Counted from the first letter of the stretch, positions 50,087 through 59,925 are shown. The stretch is 64,000 nt of DNA from Candidatus Marinacidobacterales bacterium (GCA_965237955.1 OZ250169.1:3296001-3360000), one strand, 5' to 3'. Program-made: numbers and translations. Notes: generated by a model from the letters alone, not told the origin.

Positions 50087-51155
50087 ATGCCAGGCCCGAA
50101 ATCGAACAAGGGACAAAAGACCCACCACGAACGCGCGATACGCCGTGACCGGACGCCGTCCTCGACGGACCCATCACCCACCACCGAAACACCAAACCCG
50201 CCCCGCCTTCTCGACCGCGTCCGAGCGGCTATTCGAGTGCCACACTACAGCCCTCTCACCGAAAAGGCGTACGTCTCTTGGATCAAGCGTTTCATATTCT
50301 TTTTCGACAAGCGTCATCCAAAAGAGATGGGTGAGGCCCAGGTCTCCGCTTACATCTCTCATCTCGCTACCGCGAAGGCTGTTAGCGCGTCGACCCAGAA
50401 CCAGGCGCTTTCCGCTCTCATCTTCTCTTTATCGCCACGTTTTGCAACGCAAGCTCGAGCTCATGGAAATCGCTCGTGCCAAGAGCCCCAGTCACCTACC
50501 CATCGTCCTCTCCCGCGAGGAGGTGGCAGCCGTGCTCTCTCGTCTCGAAGGCGTATCCTGGCTGAGAGCCTCGCTCATGTACGGATCCGGACTTCGCGTG
50601 CTCGAATCCTGCCGCCTTCGAGTGAAGGACATCGACTTCGATCGACGCGAGATAACGGTCCGTAACGGAAAGGGCGAGAAGGACCGCGTAACCATGCTAC
50701 CTCTCAAACTCATCGAACCAATCAGAAACCACCTTGTCCACGTTAAGCGCCTGCACCCGGAAGACTTGAAGGAGGGCGCCGGCTTCGTCGAACTGCCATA
50801 CGCCCTGCGACGGAAGTACCTGAGCGCCGCAACCGACTGGGGTTGGCAGTGGCTCGTTCCCGCGACGAAGATCTATACACACCACGAGACGAATGAACGA
50901 CGTCGTCACTTTCTCCACCAGACAGTGATCCAGCGCGACGTACGCCGTGCCGTCCGCCAGGCAGGAATAGCCAAGCCCGCGACCTGTCATTCGCTGAGGC
51001 ATTCCTTCGCGACGCATCTCCTCGAGGACGGCTACGATATCCGAACCATTCAAAAACTAATGGGGCACAAGGACGTGAGCACGACCATGATCTACTGTCA
51101 CATCCTAAACCGCGGAGGGCGCGGCGTGAGAAGTCCCATCAACTCCACGATTTGA
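50087..51155 (+). pseudogene. intI: Integron integrase with a frameshift near 50425
   Basis: HYSPLTEKAY, HPKEMG, STQNQALSAL | LMYGSGLR, GKGEKDR, IntI-specific insert LPYALRRKY..WQWLVP, HSLRHSFATHLL, LMGH..TTMIY. Confidence 0.92.
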
Positions 51156-51359
51156 AAACATCCACGACTCTGCGATAGAGTGCCTACCGCTTGCGTTCAA
51201 CCCGTTATCGTCTTATATCGCGACTACGCGCGACATAAAAACGGAAGGGCCGAACACAAGCCCTATGCCCTACCGATCGAACCAATGGCAATTTAAGAGC
51301 AAAACACCAACAGGAACGTCAACAGTCGTATACGGCGATTTCCGCTATATAAGAAATTT

Positions 51360-51404
51360 CTGTCGCGAGACGATCTATGAAAAAATATAGACTTCTAGTT
51401 ATCT
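51360..51404 (+). other. Putative attI site, crossover G^TTATCT at 51398
   Basis: GTTATCTG at 51398 is the exact complement of CAGATAAC at the start of the next attC; AT-rich upstream tract; no attC hairpin seen upstream. Confidence 0.65.
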
Positions 51405-51421
51405 GCATGAGATCCTCACTC

Positions 51422-51450
51422 TTGACATCCGTTACCTTGTGAGGTAACGT
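51422..51450 (+). promoter_or_regulatory. Sigma70 promoter and operator of the TA cassette
   Basis: TTGACA(51422)-17 bp-TAACGT(51445); inverted repeat CGTTACCT-tgtg-AGGTAACG at 51430-51449; ATG 7 nt downstream. Confidence 0.8.
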
Positions 51451-51457
51451 TACTTGG

Positions 51458-51652
51458 ATGGCGAGAATTCGCCGCTGTGGCTACATATTCCTCACCTGGG
51501 TAGGCGACCATTCTCCGCGGCACGTTCACGTGTATCGTGATGGCAAACTCGTCGTGAAATGGGACTTGGAGAACAGCATGCCCATGGTCGGTGAGGCCAA
51601 TCGGAGAATCTTGAGTCTCATCGACGAACTAGAATCCGAGGACCTCATATGA
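51458..51652 (+). CDS. DUF4160/HicA-like putative toxin (cassette 1)
   Basis: 64 aa with GDHSPRHVHV motif; ATGA overlap with the partner gene. Confidence 0.75.
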   Translation: MARIRRCGYIFLTWVGDHSPRHVHVYRDGKLVVKWDLENSMPMVGEANRRILSLIDELESEDLI

Positions 51653-52116
51653 AGATCAGATCAGTCAAGGCGAACAATCGAAGAAAGGCGTTCGAGGTAA
51701 GAATGCACTCGAGAACGCTGTCCTTCCCTTACATCAAGGCGGAGCCTCGACCCACGGCCAGCGATCGCGTCGACGAAGTCAGTGTGGACAAAGAGCTCGG
51801 GCGAGAAGCGTTCGTCTATGTTCTCAAATCGGGGGCGGAGGGAACCATTCACATCGATCAGGTGTTGGAGTACAACCAAGACCCAGGCTATTTGCGGGAT
51901 CTCTTGCTCTACAGGTTGACTCTAGAGGCACAAAAAAGGGTCGAGGCGAGCGCTTTGTCCAAGCGAGAGATCATTCGCCGTCTTGGCACGTCAGCGGCTC
52001 AGTTCTATCGATTGCTAGATCAGACCAACTATCGCAAGTCAGTGGATCAGGTTCTCAATCTCTTGCATGTCCTCGACTGCGACGTTGATCTGGTCGTCAA
52101 GTCGAAGAGTGCTTGA
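51649..52116 (+). CDS. Putative antitoxin with C-terminal HTH (cassette 1)
   Basis: LSKREIIRRLGTSAAQFYRLLD..KSVDQVLNLLHVL Xre-like HTH. Confidence 0.72.
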   Translation: MKIRSVKANNRRKAFEVRMHSRTLSFPYIKAEPRPTASDRVDEVSVDKELGREAFVYVLKSGAEGTIHIDQVLEYNQDPGYLRDLLLYRLTLEAQKRVEASALSKREIIRRLGTSAAQFYRLLDQTNYRKSVDQVLNLLHVLDCDVDLVVKSKSA

Positions 52117-52127
52117 GATGAGCAACC

Positions 52128-52244
52128 AGATAACCATGAGTTCGAGCGGACGGAACTGAGCCGTCGTGAAGGCATGAGATAATTCGGCGGAGCGTCGGCT
52201 TCGGAGGCGCTTCCGCCGTGCCGCCGCTCAACTCAACGTTATGC
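52128..52244 (+). other. attC recombination site
   Basis: R'' AGATAAC, 5-nt spacer, L'' GTTCGAGC / L' GCTCAAC with one extra base, 5-nt spacer, R' GTTATGC. Confidence 0.88.
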
Positions 52245-52271
52245 GGAACGTGAATGCGGGCGAGGGCAAGA

Positions 52272-52725
52272 ATGATGAGTAGAGCAAAGGTACTAGGTAT
52301 TCGTGTCGTTCTGTTTCTCCTCGCGTCAGTGCTGATGGCGAACCTTCTCCATCGGGTCGTGTTCCCAGCCGATCCACCGGATCCCGCCACTTATCCCCGC
52401 GTTGGTGACACGTTCGGTAGCGCGGCCGAGGGGGTCAAGCAGCAGGTCATGGCGGTGCGAGACGGGTGGGTGGTCTTGCGGACCCAAGTCGCCCCGCGTG
52501 CGCCGGGGCCGCCCATGCACTTTCATCGCTCGTTCGCGGAGGTCTTCACCGTCGAGTCCGGAAAGCTCCACGTGGAGTTACCCGACGGTGCCATCCAGCT
52601 GGGACCCGGAGAGGAACATAGGGTCGAGCCAGGAGTCCCCCACCGTCCGTACAACCCCACGGACGAGGAGGTTATCATTGCCAGCGACAAGCCCGCGATG
52701 CCCCAGTCCTTCGCCGCCTGTCTGG
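52272..52725 (+). pseudogene. Cupin domain protein (cassette 2), truncated by IS5
   Basis: N-terminal TM, PPMHFH..EVFTVESG, PGVPHRP; frame runs into the IS terminal repeat. Confidence 0.8.
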
Positions 52726-53812
52726 TGCCTTGGTGCACAACTCCGATAGAGGCCGAGAACTCGCTTGGCCCCGACTCCCATCATCCGATCATCTCGCTAT
52801 CAGGCATCCCGAGCGCCGTCATGGTGTTGAGAATCTTGCACCCGATCCTTGCCTCGACTCTCTGTGCCGCCAACCCTCTCGCTCGCATCGCTGAGCCCAC
52901 GATAGCCTTGTAGCGATGGAACGTTGTCTCGACTTTGCTCCGTTTGCTGTAGCCCGATTCTGTGTGCCACTTTCGTTTGCCGAGCCGAGCTTGTGCTGCA
53001 ATGTTGCGATTACGCTGTCGGCTGCTCGCCGGCCCCGATGCGAGCTGGGCGCCCTTGCGCGGCGGTATCAGCACCCTCGGCGAGCGATGAGCGCTGTGAT
53101 TCTCGATCGCCTCATAGACGCCGCTGGCGTCGTATGCGGTGTCAGCTCTAGCCGATGAGATGGGACTGTCGATCTGTCCGACAAGCGATGCAACCCGCGA
53201 TGAATCGCGGGCTCTTTTGCTCGTCAGCTCGCCGGCGACGACTTCGCCACGCTGCTCGTCGACACACAGATGGAGCTTGCGATAGTCCCTGCTATTTGGT
53301 GCTCTGCGCAGCTGGCCGGCGTGGACAGCGAGACCGCTGCTGTCGATCAAGATGTGCAACGGCGTCTTCTGCTTGTCTTGGTAGAAGGGGACCTTACCCA
53401 GCTTCGCCTTGCGCCTCGAGATCGTGGTGTGATCGGGCACATCATTGTCTAGCTTCATCAGAGCGAACAACGATCGCAGCAATCCCTCGCTCTGCCTAGA
53501 CGACAGATGAAACACCATGCCCAGGGTGACAGCCGTCTCGATGGCGTGGTTCGAGTACTTGCGTTGACGGCCCGGTTTCCTCCTCCTTGGCCGGGGCGCG
53601 TCCCAGTTCACAAGCTTGCCGGCGGTGAGCGAGATCCAGACGGTCAGGCTCCCGCGGTTGCGCAGACCCGCCTCATATTCACGCCAATTCCTCACGCGAT
53701 AGGCCTTCTTCACATACTTCCGCTGAGTGCGTTTGAAAATGCTCATGGGGAACCTCGAATCCGCGAGTACAGGACAATTGTGGACCGAGATCGCGAGTTG
53801 TGCACCAAGGCA
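52726..53812 (-). mobile_element. IS5 family (IS903-like) element, copy 1, 1087 bp
   Basis: 18-bp perfect terminal IR TGCCTTGGTGCACAACTC; transposase 52781..53746 with NWREYE..RGSLTVW, PDHTTISRR, IDSSG, ADTAYD, GYSKRSKVET. Confidence 0.92.
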
Positions 53813-53817
53813 GACAC

Positions 53818-54177
53818 ATGGCGACAGAAATTAATGAATTGATGGACCGGAACCAGAAGCTCCCCGATCTTGAACTCGTACAGTTCGGGGAAGGCAGCCC
53901 GACCCATGGAAATTTGAGTAGACTGTACCAGCGGATCGATCACCTGTTGAAGGCGACAGGGAGAACAGATCTGTCGCTGGGCGAAGCATGTGCACAACTC
54001 AAAGTCGACCTGCCCGAACAGGAGAGGGCGGACGAGCCGTTCGCCAAAGTGGTCCGATGGTTCTCCGACCGGTGTCTGGACGAGTCCCGCGAACTTTGGA
54101 AGTCGTCGCTATGGCTGAGGCAGGTCGAATCCAAACTCGCGGCGCTGATAACAGATGACGCGCTGGCTAACCAGTAG
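53818..54177 (+). CDS. Hypothetical protein, possibly 5'-truncated by the IS
   Basis: ORF starts 5 bp from the IS end; no recognisable motif. Confidence 0.4.
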   Translation: MATEINELMDRNQKLPDLELVQFGEGSPTHGNLSRLYQRIDHLLKATGRTDLSLGEACAQLKVDLPEQERADEPFAKVVRWFSDRCLDESRELWKSSLWLRQVESKLAALITDDALANQ

Positions 54178-54714
54178 ATTCGTCTGAACAACCCGCCGCG
54201 GGATTCAATGCCCGGTAGTTATACCCGAGGCGACGACCAGCTCCTTGACGCTTGGCCTGCGTCTCAATGAGGATATCGACCGGGGAGAGGTGGCGCGCCG
54301 TCGGGGATTCCGATTGGCAACGCCGAGAAACTGTGCGAGACTGCTTCTTCACGGTGGCTCCTCTGCTGGAAGGTTTGCACCTCGGTTTAGCTCACCGGCG
54401 TAGGATTACGCCATGAAGAAGCCTACCTGTGCTCCGCAAAAAGTCGATCCAGCGTTGATTGCGCGTTTTAGACCTGCTATGGTCGGCTGTTTCTGGCCGA
54501 TCTTCTTTTTTGCGGATCACAACAGGTTTCTGCACAATCTGTCGGTCTGCAAAATGACAGGACTCTACAGGTAAGAATGAGAGAACCTAAAGGAAATATT
54601 GGTACGGTATTGGCTTCTGGGCCATTTGGCCGTGTCTTGAAGCCGGTGCGCTTCCAGCGGGCTCAAGCGGGCGCGTGGGATCTCCAGCGGGCGGAGCTGT
54701 CGCGTCCTGTGCGG

Positions 54715-55584
54715 ATGAAGGCGGTGGGCCTAGCCGTGGTGGGTCTCTCCCTCGTGCTTCTGCAGTGCTGTGGGGGGAGGACCACTGCGCACACCGAAGA
54801 TCCCGGCGAGACCACAACTTCGGCGACCACCGAGGCGGGAACAACCGCCCCGACGACTCCGGCACCGGGTGCTGAGCCGACTATCATCATCGATGCAAGC
54901 GCACCAGCAGCGTGGGTGGAGGACTTCAACGGTGTGATGGAAAACTTGAAGGCCCTACTAACCCCAAGTCGTCCGAAGCCTCTGACAATCCGAGCTTGGC
55001 TCGACACAGTTGCGCCCCCAGCAGGTTTCCAGAACGGGCAGTATCTCACAAGCAAAGATGGCGAGTTGGTTCTCGCACTAGAGATCAGTTCATGGGAAAT
55101 TGAGCATCAGCATGATCACCGCCTGTCAGTTATAGCCCACGAATATTTCCACTGGTATCAGCACTCGCTTCACTCAGGGGATATGTTTAGCTTCCAGTGT
55201 AAATGGATGATAGAAGGAGCAGCCGGGGCATTTGAATCAATGTACCTTGCTGAATATCACGATATCAATACTTATTTTGAGGATGCTCAGCTGCGACATA
55301 TTCCGTCTGGAGATCCCAACCCAGCTGAGTATGAACTTTACAGCACCTCGGAGACGAATTACGGATATTCGGTATACATGATGCTGATTCTTGCCCAACA
55401 CACCTCATTTCAGAAAGTCTTTGTGGATTTCTGGGAACAGGCGCCTCAAAGTGCGAATTGGAAAGATATATTTTCGGCCACCTTCGGCATGTCTGTCGAT
55501 GCCTTTTACGACATTGTGAGAACAAAGCCAGACAAAAGTAGTCTTATTCCCTCTCAAGGCACACTGCTCACCGTTCAGTTCTGA
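54715..55584 (+). CDS. Putative lipoprotein HExxH zinc metallopeptidase
   Basis: MKAVGLAVVGLSLVLLQCC lipobox-like leader, T/P-rich linker, IAHEYFH..Q, WMIEGAA; visibly lower GC in the 3' part. Confidence 0.7.
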   Translation: MKAVGLAVVGLSLVLLQCCGGRTTAHTEDPGETTTSATTEAGTTAPTTPAPGAEPTIIIDASAPAAWVEDFNGVMENLKALLTPSRPKPLTIRAWLDTVAPPAGFQNGQYLTSKDGELVLALEISSWEIEHQHDHRLSVIAHEYFHWYQHSLHSGDMFSFQCKWMIEGAAGAFESMYLAEYHDINTYFEDAQLRHIPSGDPNPAEYELYSTSETNYGYSVYMMLILAQHTSFQKVFVDFWEQAPQSANWKDIFSATFGMSVDAFYDIVRTKPDKSSLIPSQGTLLTVQF

Positions 55585-55697
55585 CCTGTCGAAAACGAAG
55601 TCCGGGCACGAAATTCTTGACCGCGGCATCTTGGCGCGCGCGGGTGCACGGAGCGGCGCTGCTCACACAGACCTGTCGTCCTGTGCTCTGCTGAACC

Positions 55698-55719
55698 GCG
55701 TCCTGTGCCAAAACTCGGC
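55698..55719 (+). repeat. Partial left-end repeat of the rve element family
   Basis: CGTCCTGTGCCAAAACTCGGC, shared with the copies listed below. Confidence 0.75.
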
Positions 55720-55848
55720 TGTCCATTCCATAAACTTGAGCTGCATGAGATTGGCAAACTGCCTGCAACCAGGACGCTTTGGTCGTCTTCATGTAGGACG
55801 TTTTGAGAGCCGGCGTCGGCTCTACTCAGGGGTAGAGGTGTAAGCTGG

Positions 55849-56935
55849 TGCCTTGGTGCACAACTCGCGATCTCGGTCCACAATTGTCCTGTACTCGCGG
55901 ATTCGAGGTTCCCCATGAGCATTTTCAAACGCACTCAGCGGAAGTATGTGAAGAAGGCCTATCGCGTGAGGAATTGGCGTGAATATGAGGCGGGTCTGCG
56001 CAACCGCGGGAGCCTGACCGTCTGGATCTCGCTCACCGCCGGCAAGCTTGTGAACTGGGACGCGCCCCGGCCAAGGAGGAGGAAACCGGGCCGTCAACGC
56101 AAGTACTCGAACCACGCCATCGAGACGGCTGTCACCCTGGGCATGGTGTTTCATCTGTCGTCTAGGCAGAGCGAGGGATTGCTGCGATCGTTGTTCGCTC
56201 TGATGAAGCTAGACAATGATGTGCCCGATCACACCACGATCTCGAGGCGCAAGGCGAAGCTGGGTAAGGTCCCCTTCTACCAAGACAAGCAGAAGACGCC
56301 GTTGCACATCTTGATCGACAGCAGCGGTCTCGCTGTCCACGCCGGCCAGCTGCGCAGAGCACCAAATAGCAGGGACTATCGCAAGCTCCATCTGTGTGTC
56401 GACGAGCAGCGTGGCGAAGTCGTCGCCGGCGAGCTGACGAGCAAAAGAGCCCGCGATTCATCGCGGGTTGCATCGCTTGTCGGACAGATCGACAGTCCCA
56501 TCTCATCGGCTAGAGCTGACACCGCATACGACGCCAGCGGCGTCTATGAGGCGATCGAGAATCACAGCGCTCATCGCTCGCCGAGGGTGCTGATACCGCC
56601 GCGCAAGGGCGCCCAGCTCGCATCGGGGCCGGCGAGCAGCCGACAGCGTAATCGCAACATTGCAGCACAAGCTCGGCTCGGCAAACGAAAGTGGCACACA
56701 GAATCGGGCTACAGCAAACGGAGCAAAGTCGAGACAACGTTCCATCGCTACAAGGCTATCGTGGGCTCAGCGATGCGAGCGAGAGGGTTGGCGGCACAGA
56801 GAGTCGAGGCAAGGATCGGGTGCAAGATTCTCAACACGATGACGGCGCTCGGGATGCCTGATAGCGAGATGATCGGATGATGGGAGTCGGGGCCAAGCGA
56901 GTTCTCGGCCTCTATCGGAGTTGTGCACCAAGGCA
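55849..56935 (+). mobile_element. IS5 family (IS903-like) element, copy 2, inverted relative to copy 1
   Basis: Same 18-bp IRs and length; transposase 55915..56880 has the same protein sequence; one synonymous difference noticed (ACC/ACG near the 3' end). Confidence 0.92.
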
Positions 56936-57110
56936 CCTGCGAGGCGCACTCAAGAACCTAGGACATGAACTCGGACGCAACACTATCAAGAGGATCCTCG
57001 CCGACCACGGTATCGCGCCTGCCCCGGAGCGGGGCAAGAGCATGTCGTGGAGCACCTTCATCAAGGCTCATTGGGGCGCCATCGCTGCGACAGACCTGTT
57101 CACCGTCGAG
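56936..57110 (+). mobile_element. Internal fragment of an rve integrase-core transposase
   Basis: RGALKNLGHELGRNTIKRIL..APER..WSTFIKAHWGAIAATDLFTVE. Confidence 0.8.
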
Positions 57111-57202
57111 TCTGGGGTGCCGACCCTATGAGCTCGGGCTAGCGGCCCGCTCACTACAACTTTCAGAGAAGCCATTAAGGGTATCGTCTCAAGGGGGGGA
57201 CC

Positions 57203-57242
57203 GGTCTGTTTCAAAAGGGCCGAGTTCTGGCACAGGACGGGG
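57203..57242 (-). repeat. Left-end repeat of the rve element family
   Basis: Reverse complement CCCCGTCCTGTGCCAGAACTCGGCCCTTTTGAAACAGACC. Confidence 0.85.
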
Positions 57243-57252
57243 AGCTTAAAAG

Positions 57253-58242
57253 ATGTTCGGACCCTATGTCCATAATGTCGATCCGATCATTGCCGAAGTG
57301 GGCGGCGTCTATCTCTGGTGGTATGGGCTTAGCTATTCGCTGGGATTCCTGCATTTGCATCTGTTTCTGCGCCGCCACAGGCTTCGGCTCGGACTCACTT
57401 CCAGAGACGTATACACCCTCACCCTTTTCATCGTGGTGGGCGTTTTGGTCGGGGCGCGTCTCATCGAAGTCGCATTCGACGAGTGGCCCTTCTACAGCGC
57501 GCACCCTACCCTCATTCCGGCATACTGGCTTGGGGGCCTGGCGTCTCACGGGGTCCTTCTCGGAGCGACTGTAGCTGTCACCTCCTTCGCCTTGCTCTAT
57601 CGAAAGGACCTGCTCGCGCTGTTCGATGCAGTCGTGATCCCCGGTTCGTTTCTGATGGGAATGGGAAGGATCGGGAACTTCATCGACGGCCAGATCGTGG
57701 GTGCTCTCACCGATGTGCCGTGGGGCGTGCGGTTTCCCGACGCAGTTGGAATCCGGCATCCGGTGGTTCTCTATGACGGCATCAAGAATCTTCTGCTGGT
57801 GCCTTTCCTCCTCCGTGTTCGAAAGATGAACCCAACGCCGGGGGCAACCGCAGCTCGTTTCGTCTTCTGGTATGCGTTCTTGCGTGTATTCATTGATCTG
57901 TTTCGCGACTATCCGACTCACCGTCTGGCTCTCGGGACCGGGCAGACCCTGAACCTCATCATGGTGTCGATCGGTGTCGTTTTTTTGATCCGATCGCGCA
58001 TTCGGCGTCTGGGTCGGCTGCGAAGTGGTGCCAGAGAGGCACTGGAGGTGGAAGCCCCGCCTGAAAAAGCGCCATTCGTGTTACAGAGAATCGTACTCGT
58101 TGTTTTACTGGTGTGCTGTCTGACGTTGCCCAGCAACTGGACACAGAACATACCGGAACGATACGGGAAGCGACACGCCGGACTCGAACACTCGTGGCTC
58201 TACCCAGACATCAACACGTCGGCGCCGACCGATGAACCCTAG
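57253..58242 (+). CDS. lgt: Prolipoprotein diacylglyceryl transferase homolog
   Basis: WYG, VGARL, GGLASHG, GRIGNF, PWG..FP, RHP..LYDG, YAFLRVFIDLFR; extra C-terminal TM and tail. Confidence 0.82.
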   Translation: MFGPYVHNVDPIIAEVGGVYLWWYGLSYSLGFLHLHLFLRRHRLRLGLTSRDVYTLTLFIVVGVLVGARLIEVAFDEWPFYSAHPTLIPAYWLGGLASHGVLLGATVAVTSFALLYRKDLLALFDAVVIPGSFLMGMGRIGNFIDGQIVGALTDVPWGVRFPDAVGIRHPVVLYDGIKNLLLVPFLLRVRKMNPTPGATAARFVFWYAFLRVFIDLFRDYPTHRLALGTGQTLNLIMVSIGVVFLIRSRIRRLGRLRSGAREALEVEAPPEKAPFVLQRIVLVVLLVCCLTLPSNWTQNIPERYGKRHAGLEHSWLYPDINTSAPTDEP

Positions 58243-58319
58243 AGGGGAGTCGCCGATAACGACGACTGGTGGTTTTGAGCGAGGTGTGACAGGTTGACTA
58301 AGCCTCGGAGGAAAAGACC

Positions 58320-58910
58320 ATGAGCAATCGAACCGTGACGCAGCTGGGCGCCATCGTGCTGATGGCGTCGTCGATAATGCCCCTATCGGCGAAAACCCAG
58401 ACGGTAAAGGGAAACACATACGCGGACACGGCAGAGGTAGGTGTCCGGACTCTCATGTTGATCGGTGCCGGACTTCGTGAGCGGTGGTGGCTTGACGTCT
58501 ACACGATGGGCGCGTATGCCGAGAACCGCACCTGCGATCCGCAGATGCTGATCTCGATGGATGGGGCAAAATCTCTCCGTATCGATCTGCTCCGCGACGT
58601 CGACGCGAAGAATATGGCCGACGCGCTCGAAGATGCTCTCGATAAGAACTTGCCGCCCGGCGGCTCCCCCGGTATCCGATCTCAGATCGATACCTTCCTA
58701 GGCTACTTTGAAAAGGACCTGGAGAAGGGGGACAGCATGGAGTTGACCTACGTTCCCGGCGTGGGTACGGCGCTAATGCAGAACCGGGAGCAGCAGGGAG
58801 CCACGATGCCGGGCAAGGGGTTTGCCGACATCCTGTGGGCTTCCTATTTCAGTTCCGAAACTTGCTGTTCGGGGCTCAAGAAGCAGATTCTCGACCATTG
58901 TTCCCAGTGA
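58320..58910 (+). CDS. Chalcone isomerase-like (fatty acid-binding fold) secreted protein
   Basis: Signal peptide; L.GAGLRE..LDVY..GAY, LRDV, KGD..LTYVPG.GT, GKGFA. Confidence 0.78.
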   Translation: MSNRTVTQLGAIVLMASSIMPLSAKTQTVKGNTYADTAEVGVRTLMLIGAGLRERWWLDVYTMGAYAENRTCDPQMLISMDGAKSLRIDLLRDVDAKNMADALEDALDKNLPPGGSPGIRSQIDTFLGYFEKDLEKGDSMELTYVPGVGTALMQNREQQGATMPGKGFADILWASYFSSETCCSGLKKQILDHCSQ

Positions 58911-58971
58911 GAGGTTCGCAGGAGGATGGATGTCTTCACGACCAGGCAAGTCGAGGAGCTTCGCAATGAGC

Positions 58972-59021
58972 TGTTAGCGGCGGCTGTAAATTGCACATTT
59001 GTGGCGGACGAAAATTGCACA
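58972..59021 (+). mobile_element. IS21-like terminal remnant
   Basis: Starts TGTTAGCGGCGG, followed by two direct copies of AAATTGCACA about 23 bp apart. Confidence 0.6.
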
Positions 59022-59026
59022 CCGCA

Positions 59027-59098
59027 CCCCGTCCTGTGCCAAAACTCGGCCCTTTGAAATAGACCACAAATCAGCAGCTTAGACGCCCTTGGAATCCG
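59027..59098 (+). repeat. Left-end repeat of the rve element family
   Basis: CCCCGTCCTGTGCCAAAACTCGGCCCTTTGAAATAGACCACAAATCAGCAGCTTAGACGCCCTTGGAATCCG. Confidence 0.9.
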
Positions 59099-59140
59099 CG
59101 CGGAAGCGAGGGTATTTCACGCCGCAGGGCTGCCTTCCGA

Positions 59141-59274
59141 CCCCGTCGTGTCCAAAAACACAAACGCGTTGCCAAGTCCTTGATGGTTGCGCTCTCCACG
59201 ATAGTGATAGATGAACTCGGCGACGGCCCGGCGAGCCGGTCTTAGAGTTCGTTTGTATTTTTGGACACGACGGG
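59141..59274. mobile_element. ~135-bp MITE-like element, copy 1
   Basis: Terminal IR CCCGTCGTGTCCAAAAA; minus strand inside reads RRAVAEFIYHYRGERNHQGLGN, an rve transposase C-terminal motif. Confidence 0.82.
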
Positions 59275-59335
59275 CATATCTCGTTCATCGTCGTTCCCCT
59301 GCCCGTTCTTGATGGGCTTGAACCGCTCCGTCACG

Positions 59336-59665
59336 CTACTCCACCCCCGGTGACCCTCCGTCGCCGTTCGGAGGTCGGCCTGGGCTCCGGTTCTTGCTGC
59401 CATCGTACTTGGCTGCGATGAGGTAGCGGTACCAGCGCAGAAGCGTAGCGGGTGTGGCAACAGACGCAATCTGGGCCAGCGCCTCGCGGCCCAAAGCCTG
59501 GGCCTTGACGGCGAGCCTGCGCCGATCGTCGTCAGAGAGCCTGAGACGCTTGCCCCGAAGCCCGGCTCGGAGCACACGGTTCTCCTCTCGCAAGTGGTCG
59601 ATCACATCCTGCTGCTGGCGGTTAACCCAGCCAGCCAGAAGGACACGTATCTTGCGTCGGGGCAT
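59336..59665 (-). mobile_element. N-terminal fragment of an rve integrase-core transposase
   Basis: LAGWVNRQQQDVIDHLREENRVL..RLSDDDRRRLA..TPATLLRWYR..KYDGS..PGRP. Confidence 0.82.
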
Positions 59666-59709
59666 AACGAGATAATCGTAGCATCATCGGATAGCAAATA
59701 ACACGCGGA

Positions 59710-59822
59710 GGTACTGTCAAATGAAGCTGGCGCCTGACAGACTGGGCGGATGAAAAGCGACACGCCGAGCTACCACAGATATCGATTTCCGCCTGAAGTC
59801 AACAGCCACGCGGTCTGGCTTA
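59710..59822 (+). mobile_element. IS6 family left-end remnant
   Basis: GGTACTGTCAA end followed by MKSDTPSYHRYRFPPEVNSHAVWL. Confidence 0.72.
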
Positions 59823-59852
59823 GAAGGCCCCACGTTCGGACACGATCGGACA

Positions 59853-59925
59853 CCCCGTCCTGTGCCAAAACTCGCCCCTCTTGAAATAGACCACAAATCA
59901 GCAGCTTAGACGCCCTTGGAATCCG
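59853..59925 (+). repeat. Left-end repeat of the rve element family
   Basis: Near-identical to 59027-59098 over about 72 bp. Confidence 0.9.

Noticed and set aside
59655-59695. GCATAAC as the missing attC of cassette 2, or a dif-like site
   Set aside because: No L-box pairing or downstream GTT partner is visible, and the Xer arms and spacer fit poorly.
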